A stretch of 45,065 bases of DNA from Patescibacteria group bacterium. GTDB taxonomy: Bacteria > Patescibacteriota > Minisyncoccia > Phycocordibacterales > UBA5272. A program made the position numbers and the translations under genes. The first letter of the stretch is position 1. Every line of letters starts with the position of its first letter. The stretch covers positions 1 to 45,065 of the forward strand of contig JAUPVR010000004.1 of the NCBI GenBank assembly GCA_030916895.1, given 5' to 3'. A model generated the notes under the pieces. That model worked only from the letters and a program-made list of their open reading frames with translations, ran no database searches and was not told the origin of the DNA. This document shows positions 9,429 to 18,080 of this stretch, one piece after another.

Positions 9429-9815
9429 TTAGTGATGGACGTTTTGGTTGTGATGGTCTACAACACGACCGTAGTTATCCTCCAGGCGTTCGATGTCACC
9501 TTCATCAAATTCTCCCATCGCAACTTCTAAGAAAATAATTGGCTCATCAGTTGCCTCCATTCGGTGGATTGTACCGCGAGGAATTGTGTAAACCTTTCCA
9601 ACCTCAACCGGTGTTCGGTCATTATTTAGGGTAATGAATCCCTTACCAGAGAGGACTTTATGGAATTCATCTCGCTTGGTGTGTCTTTGAAGAGAAAATC
9701 CTTGTCCAGGAGCAACGGTGATTATTTTCACCGTTGAAACTTGATTCAAAGTAAATTGTTCAAATTGTCCCCAAGGGCGCTGTTCAACGAAGTGGTGTTC
9801 TAATTTGTCTATCAT
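9429..9815 (-). CDS. Mannose-6-phosphate isomerase type II, stand-alone C-terminal cupin
   Basis: RPWGQF, SLQRH..RDE and DIERLEDNYGR motifs typical of ManC C-terminal cupin. Confidence 0.85.
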   Translation of the reverse strand: MIDKLEHHFVEQRPWGQFEQFTLNQVSTVKIITVAPGQGFSLQRHTKRDEFHKVLSGKGFITLNNDRTPVEVGKVYTIPRGTIHRMEATDEPIIFLEVAMGEFDEGDIERLEDNYGRVVDHHNQNVHH

Positions 9816-9859
9816 ATTAGTTAAGTATACACGGGGAGCGTAAAATTTGTAGGGAAGAT

Positions 9860-10333
9860 TTATACAAAAATAATTTGTACACCATCTGTTTGTGCGCGTT
9901 CATAGAACTGTCCAACAGTGAGAATGCCATCCAAATCGTCTCGCATATCTTCTTTCTTTAGTTTAAACATATCCATTGCAAGCTTGCATCCGTAGAGTTT
10001 ACCGCCAGCGGCTTTAATCATATCCAAAAACTCAGGAACTGGAGGGATATCGAGCTCCTCCATACCCTTCATCATCATCGATGTTGCGAGTGCTTCCATA
10101 CCAGGAACAGCTCCAACGATGGTTGGAATGTGCATGGCTGGGTTACCGACAGTTGCAACATGTAAATGTTTTGCCTTTTCTTTGTGGATGGCCTCAAGCC
10201 CGAAGAAGGTGAAGAACATTTCTGCTTCCATTCCTTCGGAAAGGGCTCCGTTTGCAAGAACAAGGGAGGCGTAGACACTCTCAATTGTTGCTTTTGAGTT
10301 AATAACGAGAACGCGTTTTAGTTTTTTATCCAT
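9860..10333 (-). CDS. DsrE2/DsrE-like sulfur-carrier (DsrE/DsrF/DrsH-like family)
   Basis: AEMFFTFFGL and KLYGCKLAMDMF (conserved Cys) motifs of DsrE2/YrkE-type proteins. Confidence 0.85.
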   Translation of the reverse strand: MDKKLKRVLVINSKATIESVYASLVLANGALSEGMEAEMFFTFFGLEAIHKEKAKHLHVATVGNPAMHIPTIVGAVPGMEALATSMMMKGMEELDIPPVPEFLDMIKAAGGKLYGCKLAMDMFKLKKEDMRDDLDGILTVGQFYERAQTDGVQIIFV

Positions 10334-10351
10334 AATAATTAAAATTATTTT

Positions 10352-10663
10352 TTATAAACAGCTCATTGGCTTCATAATGCCTGCGATTTTTGAGGCATTT
10401 TTAAGGGGTCCCCCTGGAAATAGCGCATAAAATTCCTTAATGTCGACAAGTCCTGAAGATCCAACTTGGCGAATGGAGAGATGTGTTCCACCTGCATCCT
10501 GGTCGCGTAACCATTTGATGACTGCCCAATGTTTTTCTGTTAAGTCGTTAATACCCAGTTCTTTTGCAATTTCTTTGGCAATGTCTTCATTCCAATCACC
10601 CTTGTTGGTGAGGTATCCTTCCTCATTTACATCTACTTCTTTATTGGCAATAGTTTTTAGCAT
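10352..10663 (-). CDS. tusE: TusE/DsrC-family sulfur relay protein (single C-terminal Cys)
   Basis: EEGYL..DWNED.A, LTEKHWAVI, LFPGGP..NASKIAG.MKPMSCL. The penultimate Cys is present. The second DsrC Cys is replaced by Ser. Confidence 0.85.
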   Translation of the reverse strand: MLKTIANKEVDVNEEGYLTNKGDWNEDIAKEIAKELGINDLTEKHWAVIKWLRDQDAGGTHLSIRQVGSSGLVDIKEFYALFPGGPLKNASKIAGIMKPMSCL

Positions 10664-10668
10664 AATTT

Positions 10669-11925
10669 TTATTTCTTAATTTTCTTTCCGGCTAAAGGCA
10701 CACCTGGGCCGACAAAAGGAATCGATAATCCGCGCATCAGCACATTCCAGTATATATAGCGGAAGGCTAATTTGCCTAGGTGGTTTATCACCGTTGGTTT
10801 GAGTAAAGAGAATGGTCCAATAAAGGGGAGGGGAAATGTTCCTTCAACTGGTTCAATGTCGTAACCAAAATCAACTAAGAGAGCTTTCCCATCTCCTGAT
10901 TCTACGTAACAGTTTGCATGACCATCAAATTTCGCCGAAAGAGGTTTACCCTCAAGAAAACTCAAGATATTTTCTTCTAAGATTTCTGCTTCAAAATGAG
11001 CAACAGAGCCTGCTTTTGATGCTGGAATATTTGTTGCGTCACCAATAACAAAGATATTTTCATGACCGGTTGCTTGGAGGGTGTTTTTATCAGTCGGGAT
11101 GAAATTAAGTTCATCACCAAGACCTGAACGCGCAATGAGTGCGTCACCCATATTCGGTGGGATAGTCACAAGAAGGTCAAAAGGAACAGTTTTTTCATCG
11201 TAAGAACGAATAATATTTTCCTTTGCATCAACCTCTGAGATGGAGAAATCGGGTACAAGTTTAATATTTCTTTCTGAGAGCATGCCCCCCAAAACGCGCG
11301 ATGCTTCTGGTTTTGTAAAGGCACCTGAAAGTGGTGTAACATAAGTTATTTCCACCTTATCACGCATATTTTTTTTCTTGAAAAAGTCATCTGCAAGGAA
11401 AGAAAACTCAAGCGGAGCCACAGGGCACTTAATGGGCATCTCTGAGATGTGGATGACAAGTTTTCCACCGGGCCAGTCCTTGAGTGTGTTGTAGAGAGCA
11501 TTTGCGCCCTCAAACGTATAGAATTCATGCATATTTTTTCGCCACCTGTCGCCTATAAGGTTTGGAATTTGCTCAGGAGCAACTTGTGCTCCTGTTGCGA
11601 TGATGAGGATATCGTATGGCAGAACTTCACCAATATGAAGCACTATCTCTTTTTTTGTTGTATCGATTTTTTCGATACTATTTTGTATATAGGTAACACC
11701 ACGTGGGATAAAGTCACTCCTTCTTTTAACAACATCTTCTCTTCCATAGACACCAAAAGGAATAAAGAGAAAACCTGGTTGGTAGTAATGTTCACTTGCT
11801 TGATCAACAAGGGTGATGTCAAGGCCGTACTTTGTTCTGTGGTTTGCTAGTTTATTTGCAATCATGGTGCCGGCAGTACCCGCACCTAAAATGAGAATTT
11901 TCTTACGTGAAGAGATTTGTTCCAT
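10669..11925 (-). CDS. sqr: Sulfide:quinone oxidoreductase, type III-like
   Basis: GAGTAG FAD motif, HYYQPGFLF, IKCPVAPLE, GDATNIPASKAGSVAH and FDGHANCYVE, giving two catalytic Cys. Confidence 0.85.
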   Translation of the reverse strand: MEQISSRKKILILGAGTAGTMIANKLANHRTKYGLDITLVDQASEHYYQPGFLFIPFGVYGREDVVKRRSDFIPRGVTYIQNSIEKIDTTKKEIVLHIGEVLPYDILIIATGAQVAPEQIPNLIGDRWRKNMHEFYTFEGANALYNTLKDWPGGKLVIHISEMPIKCPVAPLEFSFLADDFFKKKNMRDKVEITYVTPLSGAFTKPEASRVLGGMLSERNIKLVPDFSISEVDAKENIIRSYDEKTVPFDLLVTIPPNMGDALIARSGLGDELNFIPTDKNTLQATGHENIFVIGDATNIPASKAGSVAHFEAEILEENILSFLEGKPLSAKFDGHANCYVESGDGKALLVDFGYDIEPVEGTFPLPFIGPFSLLKPTVINHLGKLAFRYIYWNVLMRGLSIPFVGPGVPLAGKKIKK

Positions 11926-11984
11926 GTAGTTTATGTTTTGGTTACTAATTTAGTTAGTTTATCACGCAATTTTTTCATGCACAG

Positions 11985-12013
11985 TTGACAGAAAGATTTC
12001 CAGGGTGTAACAT
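11985..12013 (+). promoter_or_regulatory. sigma70 promoter of the ArsR-grx-rhodanese operon (leaderless)
   Basis: TTGACA (11985-11990), 17 nt, TAACAT (12008-12013), then ATG 6 nt later. Confidence 0.7.
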
Positions 12014-12032
12014 TCAAATATGCATTTGAATG
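12011..12032. promoter_or_regulatory. ArsR/SmtB-type operator palindrome
   Basis: Perfect 9-4-9 inverted repeat CATTCAAAT-ATGC-ATTTGAATG overlapping the -10 box and the regulator start codon. Confidence 0.7.
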
Positions 12033-12298
12033 AAATAGCAACAACCATGAAGACAGTCGGGGAAGAGAGTAGGCTTAAGATACTCTGTACCCTCTTTGAA
12101 CACAAAAAAATATGTGTCTCCGATATTGCCTCTTCCCTTGGTATGAGTGTGGCAATTGTTTCTCACCACTTACAGGTATTGGAGAAAAAAGGTGTGCTTA
12201 CACATACAAGGAAGGGGAAGACCGTTTGCTATGACCTCTCAAATGAGCCAATTGTTAAAGATCTTAAGAAATTTATCTGTAAATATAAACAACCATAA
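12020..12298 (+). CDS. ArsR/SmtB family transcriptional regulator (BigR/SqrR-like Cys pattern)
   Basis: wHTH pattern RLKIL...VSDIASSLGMS...VSHHLQVL...G...RKGK.V.Y. Cys23 and Cys87 are placed like the BigR/SqrR sensing pair. Confidence 0.88.
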   Translation: MHLNEIATTMKTVGEESRLKILCTLFEHKKICVSDIASSLGMSVAIVSHHLQVLEKKGVLTHTRKGKTVCYDLSNEPIVKDLKKFICKYKQP

Positions 12299-12303
12299 AT
12301 ACT

Positions 12304-12555
12304 ATGAACACAATGAATAATTCAGTTACTGTTTACTCAACACCAACATGCCATTACTGCACCATGGCAAAAAATTTCTTCAAAACTCACAATGTTCCCT
12401 TTAAGGATGTTGATGTGAGTAAGAGTCGTGAGTCGGCAATGGAAATGATGATGAAGTCTGGTCAAATGGGAGTGCCTGTTGTCGATATTAATAGCAAGAT
12501 TATCGTTGGATTTGACCCGAACGCTTTTACTGACCTCCTTGGTCTTAAGAAATAG
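12304..12555 (+). CDS. Glutaredoxin-like protein (NrdH/YruB type)
   Basis: VYSTPTCHYC active site, SGQMGVPVV cis-Pro loop, IIVGFD. Confidence 0.92.
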   Translation: MNTMNNSVTVYSTPTCHYCTMAKNFFKTHNVPFKDVDVSKSRESAMEMMMKSGQMGVPVVDINSKIIVGFDPNAFTDLLGLKK

Positions 12556-12569
12556 TAAACACCAAAAAC

Positions 12570-12986
12570 ATGAAAAAGAATTTTATATACGTTATTGGAC
12601 TTACAATACTTGTTGGTGGTTTTCTGTATGTTTCTTCCCTCGAAAAGGAAGTGACATCGACTTCTGAAAAAGTAATTAAGCATGTGACGTTTGATGAAGG
12701 TGTGCAGGTTATTGCAGGGAACCCATCAATGGTGATTCTTGATGTGAGGACACCGGAAGAATATGCTCAAGGACACTTGGCGGGGGCGATTAATGTAAAC
12801 GTAGAAAGCGGTACGTTTGATGAAGAGATTTCAAAGCTTGATAAAAATACTTCTTATTTTGTATATTGTCGTAGCGGAAGGAGAAGTGCTGTAGCAGTAA
12901 GTCGTATGAAGGATTTAAGTTTTTCTTCAACGTATAATCTCCTTGGAGGAATTCAAAGTATAAATCCAACAAGTCTAGTGCGCTAG
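12570..12986 (+). CDS. Rhodanese-domain sulfurtransferase with N-terminal signal/TM anchor
   Basis: ILDVRTPEEY..GHLAGA and active site YCRSGRRS. Basic-hydrophobic N-terminus. Confidence 0.9.
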   Translation: MKKNFIYVIGLTILVGGFLYVSSLEKEVTSTSEKVIKHVTFDEGVQVIAGNPSMVILDVRTPEEYAQGHLAGAINVNVESGTFDEEISKLDKNTSYFVYCRSGRRSAVAVSRMKDLSFSSTYNLLGGIQSINPTSLVR

Positions 12987-13105
12987 ATAAAAAGGAAGCT
13001 TAGTTTTTTGTTTTGTATAAGTTCGCCACAGATTTAAGAAGGGCCCCTTTTTAGTTATTAACTAGTAAAAGGCTTCTGTCTCCTGTATCCTAGAAAAATA
13101 TCAAT

Positions 13106-13678
13106 ATGTATCTTCGCCTCATTGTAAACACACTTTGTGAGTTTGTTCCAATTGTCACATTTGTTTTGGTGAGCGAATACATCGGGTTTATTCAGGCGGT
13201 TTTCGCTCTTGTGGTTGCAACAGTAGTTGCTACGGCAGTTTCTTGGTATACCGAAAAACACATCCCTCGATTTGGTATTACCGCCGCAGTGTCTATTCTT
13301 ATTTTTGGTGCTCTTACACTTATTTTTAATAACCCATTCTTTATTATTATTAAAGATACGATTTACTATGCCGGTTTTGGTATTGCCCTCCTTCTTGGGT
13401 TTTATTTAAAACGGTCTGTCTTTAAATTCTTTTTTAATGATTTCTTTGCTATGACTGAGAAGGGGTGGAGAATACTTGAAACAAGGTGGGCGATCTTTTT
13501 TATTCTTCTTGCAGTTGCTAATGAATTTTCAAGGCAAATATTTCCTCCAGAAGCTTGGGTAGAATACAAGCTTGGGATTGTTATTATCACGTGGGTTTTC
13601 GGCTTTTATCAATTGACCCTTTCAAAGAGAGAAAGATTACCGGGAGCAAGTGAGCTTGGACTACGTATTAAAGAGTGA
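13106..13678 (+). CDS. yciB: Intracellular septation protein A family (YciB/IspZ)
   Basis: EFVPIV.F, IFGALTLIFNNP.FII.K.TIYY, MTEKGW..L..RWA.FF, EAWVEYK. Confidence 0.85.
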   Translation: MYLRLIVNTLCEFVPIVTFVLVSEYIGFIQAVFALVVATVVATAVSWYTEKHIPRFGITAAVSILIFGALTLIFNNPFFIIIKDTIYYAGFGIALLLGFYLKRSVFKFFFNDFFAMTEKGWRILETRWAIFFILLAVANEFSRQIFPPEAWVEYKLGIVIITWVFGFYQLTLSKRERLPGASELGLRIKE

Positions 13679-13735
13679 TTTTTGCGCTATACTAGGTAGT
13701 ACGTAAAGAAGATTAAAGGTCTTATAATAAAAACA

Positions 13736-13927
13736 ATGATATATTTTATTTCTCGTATTTTAATTGTTATTGGTGGTTTGAACTGGGGTGCTATTGGTTT
13801 TGGAATTGTTTTTGGAAATAAAGATTGGAACATTGCTCATATTGTTTTAGGGAATCTTCCGATGATTGAATCTGTTTTTTATATTTTGATCGGCCTTGCG
13901 GCTCTTCGTGTCCTTTTGCCTAGGTAG
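13736..13927 (+). CDS. DUF378 family small membrane protein
   Basis: LIVIGGLNWG.IG and YILIGLAAL motifs. Confidence 0.85.
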   Translation: MIYFISRILIVIGGLNWGAIGFGIVFGNKDWNIAHIVLGNLPMIESVFYILIGLAALRVLLPR

Positions 13928-14062
13928 ATTTACCCACAATAATTATTTTAGAGTATTAAGTGTCAGCAACACTCCAATCACAAGCCATCGTTGGGTTTGT
14001 TTGACTTATTATTATTTTTGGGTAAGGATGAGTAGCAGAGTAACAACTGTAAAAAGGGGAAA

Positions 14063-14524
14063 ATGATGCCTCGCATTGCACGGAACCTCCTCATGGTTTT
14101 TTGGATAGCGGTCATTCCATTTTCTGCACAAGCGTTGGAGGCAAAGCAATACCTTAATTTTAAAATCGTTATCCCGACAGTTCTTTTTCTTCAATCCGCA
14201 ACAGTCACTCAGGGTGTTGTCGTTAGTAACGAAGACGTGTCGCGTGGGTATGTGGATGTCCCCACCCAGTATGTCATTGTTTCTAATAGTAAAAAGGGAT
14301 TTATTTTTGAAGTAACACTTGGAGGCGCGCAATCCTTCACCGCCTTTCAGGTTATAAATCATAACACTGAAGCATCGACGAGGTTCTCTCTTTCGCTCAA
14401 TGCTATCAATACTTCAAACAAACAAATCTCTTTTACCCTGGTGTATCGCTTCTGGTTTAACCAGCCGGAAATACATCCCGGAATGTATCAGTGGCCAGTT
14501 GTGGTCACATTGATACAAAATTAA
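14063..14524 (+). CDS. Secreted hypothetical protein, possibly Ig-like fimbrial/adhesin subunit
   Basis: Signal peptide ending in SAQA, beta-rich sequence, C-terminal PGMYQWPVVVTL strand, SD AAGGGGA. Confidence 0.55.
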   Translation: MMPRIARNLLMVFWIAVIPFSAQALEAKQYLNFKIVIPTVLFLQSATVTQGVVVSNEDVSRGYVDVPTQYVIVSNSKKGFIFEVTLGGAQSFTAFQVINHNTEASTRFSLSLNAINTSNKQISFTLVYRFWFNQPEIHPGMYQWPVVVTLIQN

Positions 14525-14525
14525 G

Positions 14526-14553
14526 AAACGCCTGTATGAATGGGCGTTTTTTT
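14526..14553. terminator. Intrinsic terminator between convergent genes
   Basis: AAACGCCT...GGGCGTTT stem followed by a T-run. Confidence 0.65.
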
Positions 14554-14565
14554 GTTTTCTGTGTC

Positions 14566-14820
14566 TTATGGTTTGATTTTAAAAAATCTTCGTATTATTT
14601 TTGCGAGCCGGTGATACCAATGTTCTACGCGATGATTTTTCTTGACCGCATTTTCTAAAGCGCTTTGTACATATTTACTTTCAAAGGAGAGTAAGATGAG
14701 ACCAATTGTGATTGGTATGATGCCATTTAAAATAGGAAGCACTAAACCAAGAACCCCAACGAAGAGAAGAACGACGGCAAGCGTAATGCGAAAAATTTTT
14801 CTAACATGATTAACGTTCAT
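14566..14820 (-). CDS. Small membrane protein (PGPGW/DUF454-like)
   Basis: GVLGLVLPILNG..PITIGL.LLS pattern. ATG 14820 lies 10 nt after TG-C-TATACT. Confidence 0.65.
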   Translation of the reverse strand: MNVNHVRKIFRITLAVVLLFVGVLGLVLPILNGIIPITIGLILLSFESKYVQSALENAVKKNHRVEHWYHRLAKIIRRFFKIKP

Positions 14821-15013
14821 AGTGGGGCTTAGTATAGCAAAGAGATTCATTTTTGAAATAAATAAAAAAACAATTGGTTTATCCACAGACTCTTTTTATG
14901 TATGCGTTGTACACTATGGGCATAGAAGCTTGGTTGACGGCACGCTTTCCCCTTTGTTTATCATGAGTACATTCTTTCATCTTCCACCTCATATAATTTT
15001 TTAATGTAGCACC

Positions 15014-16129
15014 ATGTTTTATTCTCTCGCCTTTCTCCTCCTCGTTGTATTTGCGACAATTTCGTATGAGAAATATTTGCGTACGGAAGGTAAGGGGGGT
15101 GTTGGCAAAAAAAGGTTTCCAAGAATAAAGAGGGTCGAGCATCCACTTCATCGCGCTCATCGTAATCCTCTTATTTCACCGACACCGTATAGTCATTGGC
15201 AGTCGGAATGTGCTTTCAATCCAGCGGTTGTTCAAGATGAAGAGGGGAAGGTTCACCTCATTTATCGAGCTATTGGCTCTGATGGCGTTTCTCGTTTCGG
15301 CTATGCAGCAAGCAAGGACGGTTTTAACTTCGATGAACGATGTCCATATCCAGTTTTTGAGGCGGCAGCCCTTAATAATCCAAATCGCGGTATGCGTCGT
15401 TACGACCCAAAGCTCTATCCCTCCGGTGGAAGCTGGGGAGGATTTGAAGACCCTCGAACCGTTCTTATCAATGGTCGTGTGTACATGACCTTCATTGCTT
15501 TTGGTGGTTGGCAATCAATTCGTATCGGTCTTACTTCGATCGCGCTTTCTGATTTGAAACAAAAAAAGTGGAACTGGAAGGAACCTTTCTTTATTTCTCC
15601 AGAAGGTGAACGCCACAAAAACTGGGTACTCTTTCCAGAAAAAATTAATGGTAAGTATGCCATTTTTCACGGTATTGCCCCAAAGATTTATGTCGATTAT
15701 GTAGATTCTCTTACGGAACCGTTTACAATTCAAAGTCCTCGACCAGAAGGACCTCAGCCGGGACGTAAAGATTTTTGGGACAATCGTATGCGCGGTATTG
15801 GTCCTCCGCCAATTAAAACTGGTTTGGGGTGGCTGGTGCTCTACCATGCAATTGATAAGATAGAGCCACATAAGTACAAACTTGGTGCTATGGTTCTTGA
15901 TCTTCATGATCCAACGAAGGTTCTCTATCGTTCACCCGAGCCAATCCTTTCTCCTGATATGGATTATGAAAACGATGGTAAGCCAGGCATTGTGTACGCG
16001 TCAGGCGCTGTTGTGCGCAACAACATCCTATATGTCTATTACGGTGGTGGTGATAAACATGTCTGCATTGCACAAACCCCACTTAATGAACTCCTTGACT
16101 ACCTCGTGCGCCATGGGCAAGAAGTGTAG
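15014..16129 (+). CDS. GH130-related glycosidase/phosphorylase (DUF377) with N-terminal membrane anchor
   Basis: FNPAVV, LIYRA, EDPR, KNWVLFPEKINGKY, GWLVLYHA, YYGGGD. Hydrophobic residues 1-17. Confidence 0.85.
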   Translation: MFYSLAFLLLVVFATISYEKYLRTEGKGGVGKKRFPRIKRVEHPLHRAHRNPLISPTPYSHWQSECAFNPAVVQDEEGKVHLIYRAIGSDGVSRFGYAASKDGFNFDERCPYPVFEAAALNNPNRGMRRYDPKLYPSGGSWGGFEDPRTVLINGRVYMTFIAFGGWQSIRIGLTSIALSDLKQKKWNWKEPFFISPEGERHKNWVLFPEKINGKYAIFHGIAPKIYVDYVDSLTEPFTIQSPRPEGPQPGRKDFWDNRMRGIGPPPIKTGLGWLVLYHAIDKIEPHKYKLGAMVLDLHDPTKVLYRSPEPILSPDMDYENDGKPGIVYASGAVVRNNILYVYYGGGDKHVCIAQTPLNELLDYLVRHGQEV

Positions 16130-16157
16130 TAAATAATTTTTTTGATAACCAATCAGT

Positions 16158-18059
16158 ATGTTTAATGTAAAAAGAATAGAAGAAAATCCAATCTTATCAC
16201 CAAAAGAAGATCATCCATGGGAGGCGCTTGCAACCTTTAATGGGTGTCCTGTTCTTGAAGATGACGGAACGGTGCACATGGTGTATCGTGCCATGTCACA
16301 CCCAGATTTAATGGATGAAAAGCATTTAAGTATTTCTGTTGTTGGTCGTGCTGTTAGTAAAGATGGTATCCACTTTAGTTCACGCCACCCCTTTATTGTT
16401 CCCGAACATGACTTTGAGCGTTTTGGTTGCGAAGATCCGCGAATTACAAAATTAGATGGAAAATACTACACCTTTTACACTGGTATTTCAGAGTATCCTT
16501 TTGTGCCGGAGGGCATTAGAGTCGCGCTTGCAATAAGTAGGAACTTACAGACAGTCGATGAGAAACATCTCATTACACCATTTAACGCAAAAGCGATGGC
16601 TTTGTTTCCTGAAAAAGTTAATGGTAAATTTGTTGCGCTCCTTACACCAAACACTGATTTACCACCTTCAGAGATTGCGATTGCTTATTTTGATAAAGAA
16701 GAGGATATGTGGAATGAAAGTTATTGGAATGAGTGGTATAAACATCTGAAACAACACATTATTCCACTTCGCAGGAGGGAAGATGATCAAGTTGAGCTTG
16801 GTGCACAACCACTTAAAACAAAAGATGGATGGCTTGTTATTTATTCACATATCTTACACTATACAGATCAATCAAGGCGAACGTTTGGTATTGAGGCAGT
16901 TCTTCTTGACTTAGAAAATCCTCAAAAAATCATTGGTCGCACAGCGCGCTCTTTCTTAACACCAGAGGCTTACTACGAAACAACGGGAATGATTCCACGT
17001 ATTGTGTTTCCATCAGGTGCGGTTATCAAAGGGGACTTTGTTGAGCTCTACTATGGAGGGGCTGATACACATTGTGCGAAAGCAAAGATTCATCTACCAC
17101 ACCTTTTAGCTGTTCTTAAAGGTGAAATAAAACTTTTTGAACGAGCAAAAGAAAATCCAATACTTGCCCCTCGTGAAGGGAAAGACTGGGAAGCCCTTGG
17201 TGTTTTTAATCCGGCAGCTGTTGATATTGATGATACGGTACATATTTACTACCGCGCAGCAACAAAGACAAATGTTTCAACAATTGGTCACGCAACAGCA
17301 AAGGACGGTATTCATATTGATTTTCGAACAGAGGAGCCAATTTATAAGGCACGAACAGAAGAAGAAGGAATTGGTAGAACAGAGTATGCTGGGTGTGAAG
17401 ATCCACGCATTGTTCGTATTGAAGATATGCTCTATATGACCTATACCGGATATAACGGAAAACAGCCTCGTGTCGCACTAAGTACTATTTCGGTTAATGA
17501 TTTTAAAGAAAATAAGTATGAAAACTGGTCGTTACCAATTGCAATTTCTCCTATGGGGGTTGATGATAAGGATGCATGCCTTGTTCCAAAGAAATTTAAA
17601 AATGGGTACCTAATTTTCCATAGAGTTGCTCATCATCTGTGTGCTGACTATATAGAAACGCTTGATTTCACTAAGGAGCGACTCGATCAATGTATTGATG
17701 TTTTTGGTCCACGGCCTGGCATGTGGGATGGTCTTAAGGTTGGTATTGCTGGACCTCCTCTTGAAACTGAGAAGGGATGGATTCTCTTTTATCATGGTAT
17801 TTCTGAACTTGGCGAATACAGAATGGGGGCCGTTCTTTTAGATAAGGATGATCCAACCATTGTCATTGGTCGTACCGCATCACCACTTTTTGAACCCGAA
17901 GAGGAGTATGAAAAAGCAGGCATTGTTCCAAACGTTGTTTTCCCATGTGGAAACCTTGTTCGTGGGGACAAAGTTTATATTTATTACGGAGGGGCTGACT
18001 ATGTTGTTGGTGTTGCGACCGCGTCACTTCATAAATTGCTTGATATTCTGACACACTAA
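16158..18059 (+). CDS. Tandem two-domain GH130-related glycosidase/phosphorylase
   Basis: Two complete copies of the NPIL.P..W.A..FN / GCEDPRI / VFP.G / YYGGAD beta-propeller motif set. Confidence 0.88.
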   Translation: MFNVKRIEENPILSPKEDHPWEALATFNGCPVLEDDGTVHMVYRAMSHPDLMDEKHLSISVVGRAVSKDGIHFSSRHPFIVPEHDFERFGCEDPRITKLDGKYYTFYTGISEYPFVPEGIRVALAISRNLQTVDEKHLITPFNAKAMALFPEKVNGKFVALLTPNTDLPPSEIAIAYFDKEEDMWNESYWNEWYKHLKQHIIPLRRREDDQVELGAQPLKTKDGWLVIYSHILHYTDQSRRTFGIEAVLLDLENPQKIIGRTARSFLTPEAYYETTGMIPRIVFPSGAVIKGDFVELYYGGADTHCAKAKIHLPHLLAVLKGEIKLFERAKENPILAPREGKDWEALGVFNPAAVDIDDTVHIYYRAATKTNVSTIGHATAKDGIHIDFRTEEPIYKARTEEEGIGRTEYAGCEDPRIVRIEDMLYMTYTGYNGKQPRVALSTISVNDFKENKYENWSLPIAISPMGVDDKDACLVPKKFKNGYLIFHRVAHHLCADYIETLDFTKERLDQCIDVFGPRPGMWDGLKVGIAGPPLETEKGWILFYHGISELGEYRMGAVLLDKDDPTIVIGRTASPLFEPEEEYEKAGIVPNVVFPCGNLVRGDKVYIYYGGADYVVGVATASLHKLLDILTH

Positions 18060-18080
18060 TCTACTGTATACTGAATAAAT

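Noticed and set aside
10352-10663. DsrC indicating dissimilatory sulfur metabolism
   Set aside because: It lacks the second conserved Cys, and no dsrAB/dsrMK is present in the window.
14879-14887. Perfect DnaA box TTATCCACA (near-matches at 4331, 13930, 38119) as oriC
   Set aside because: Isolated single boxes with no cluster, and no dnaA/dnaN nearby.
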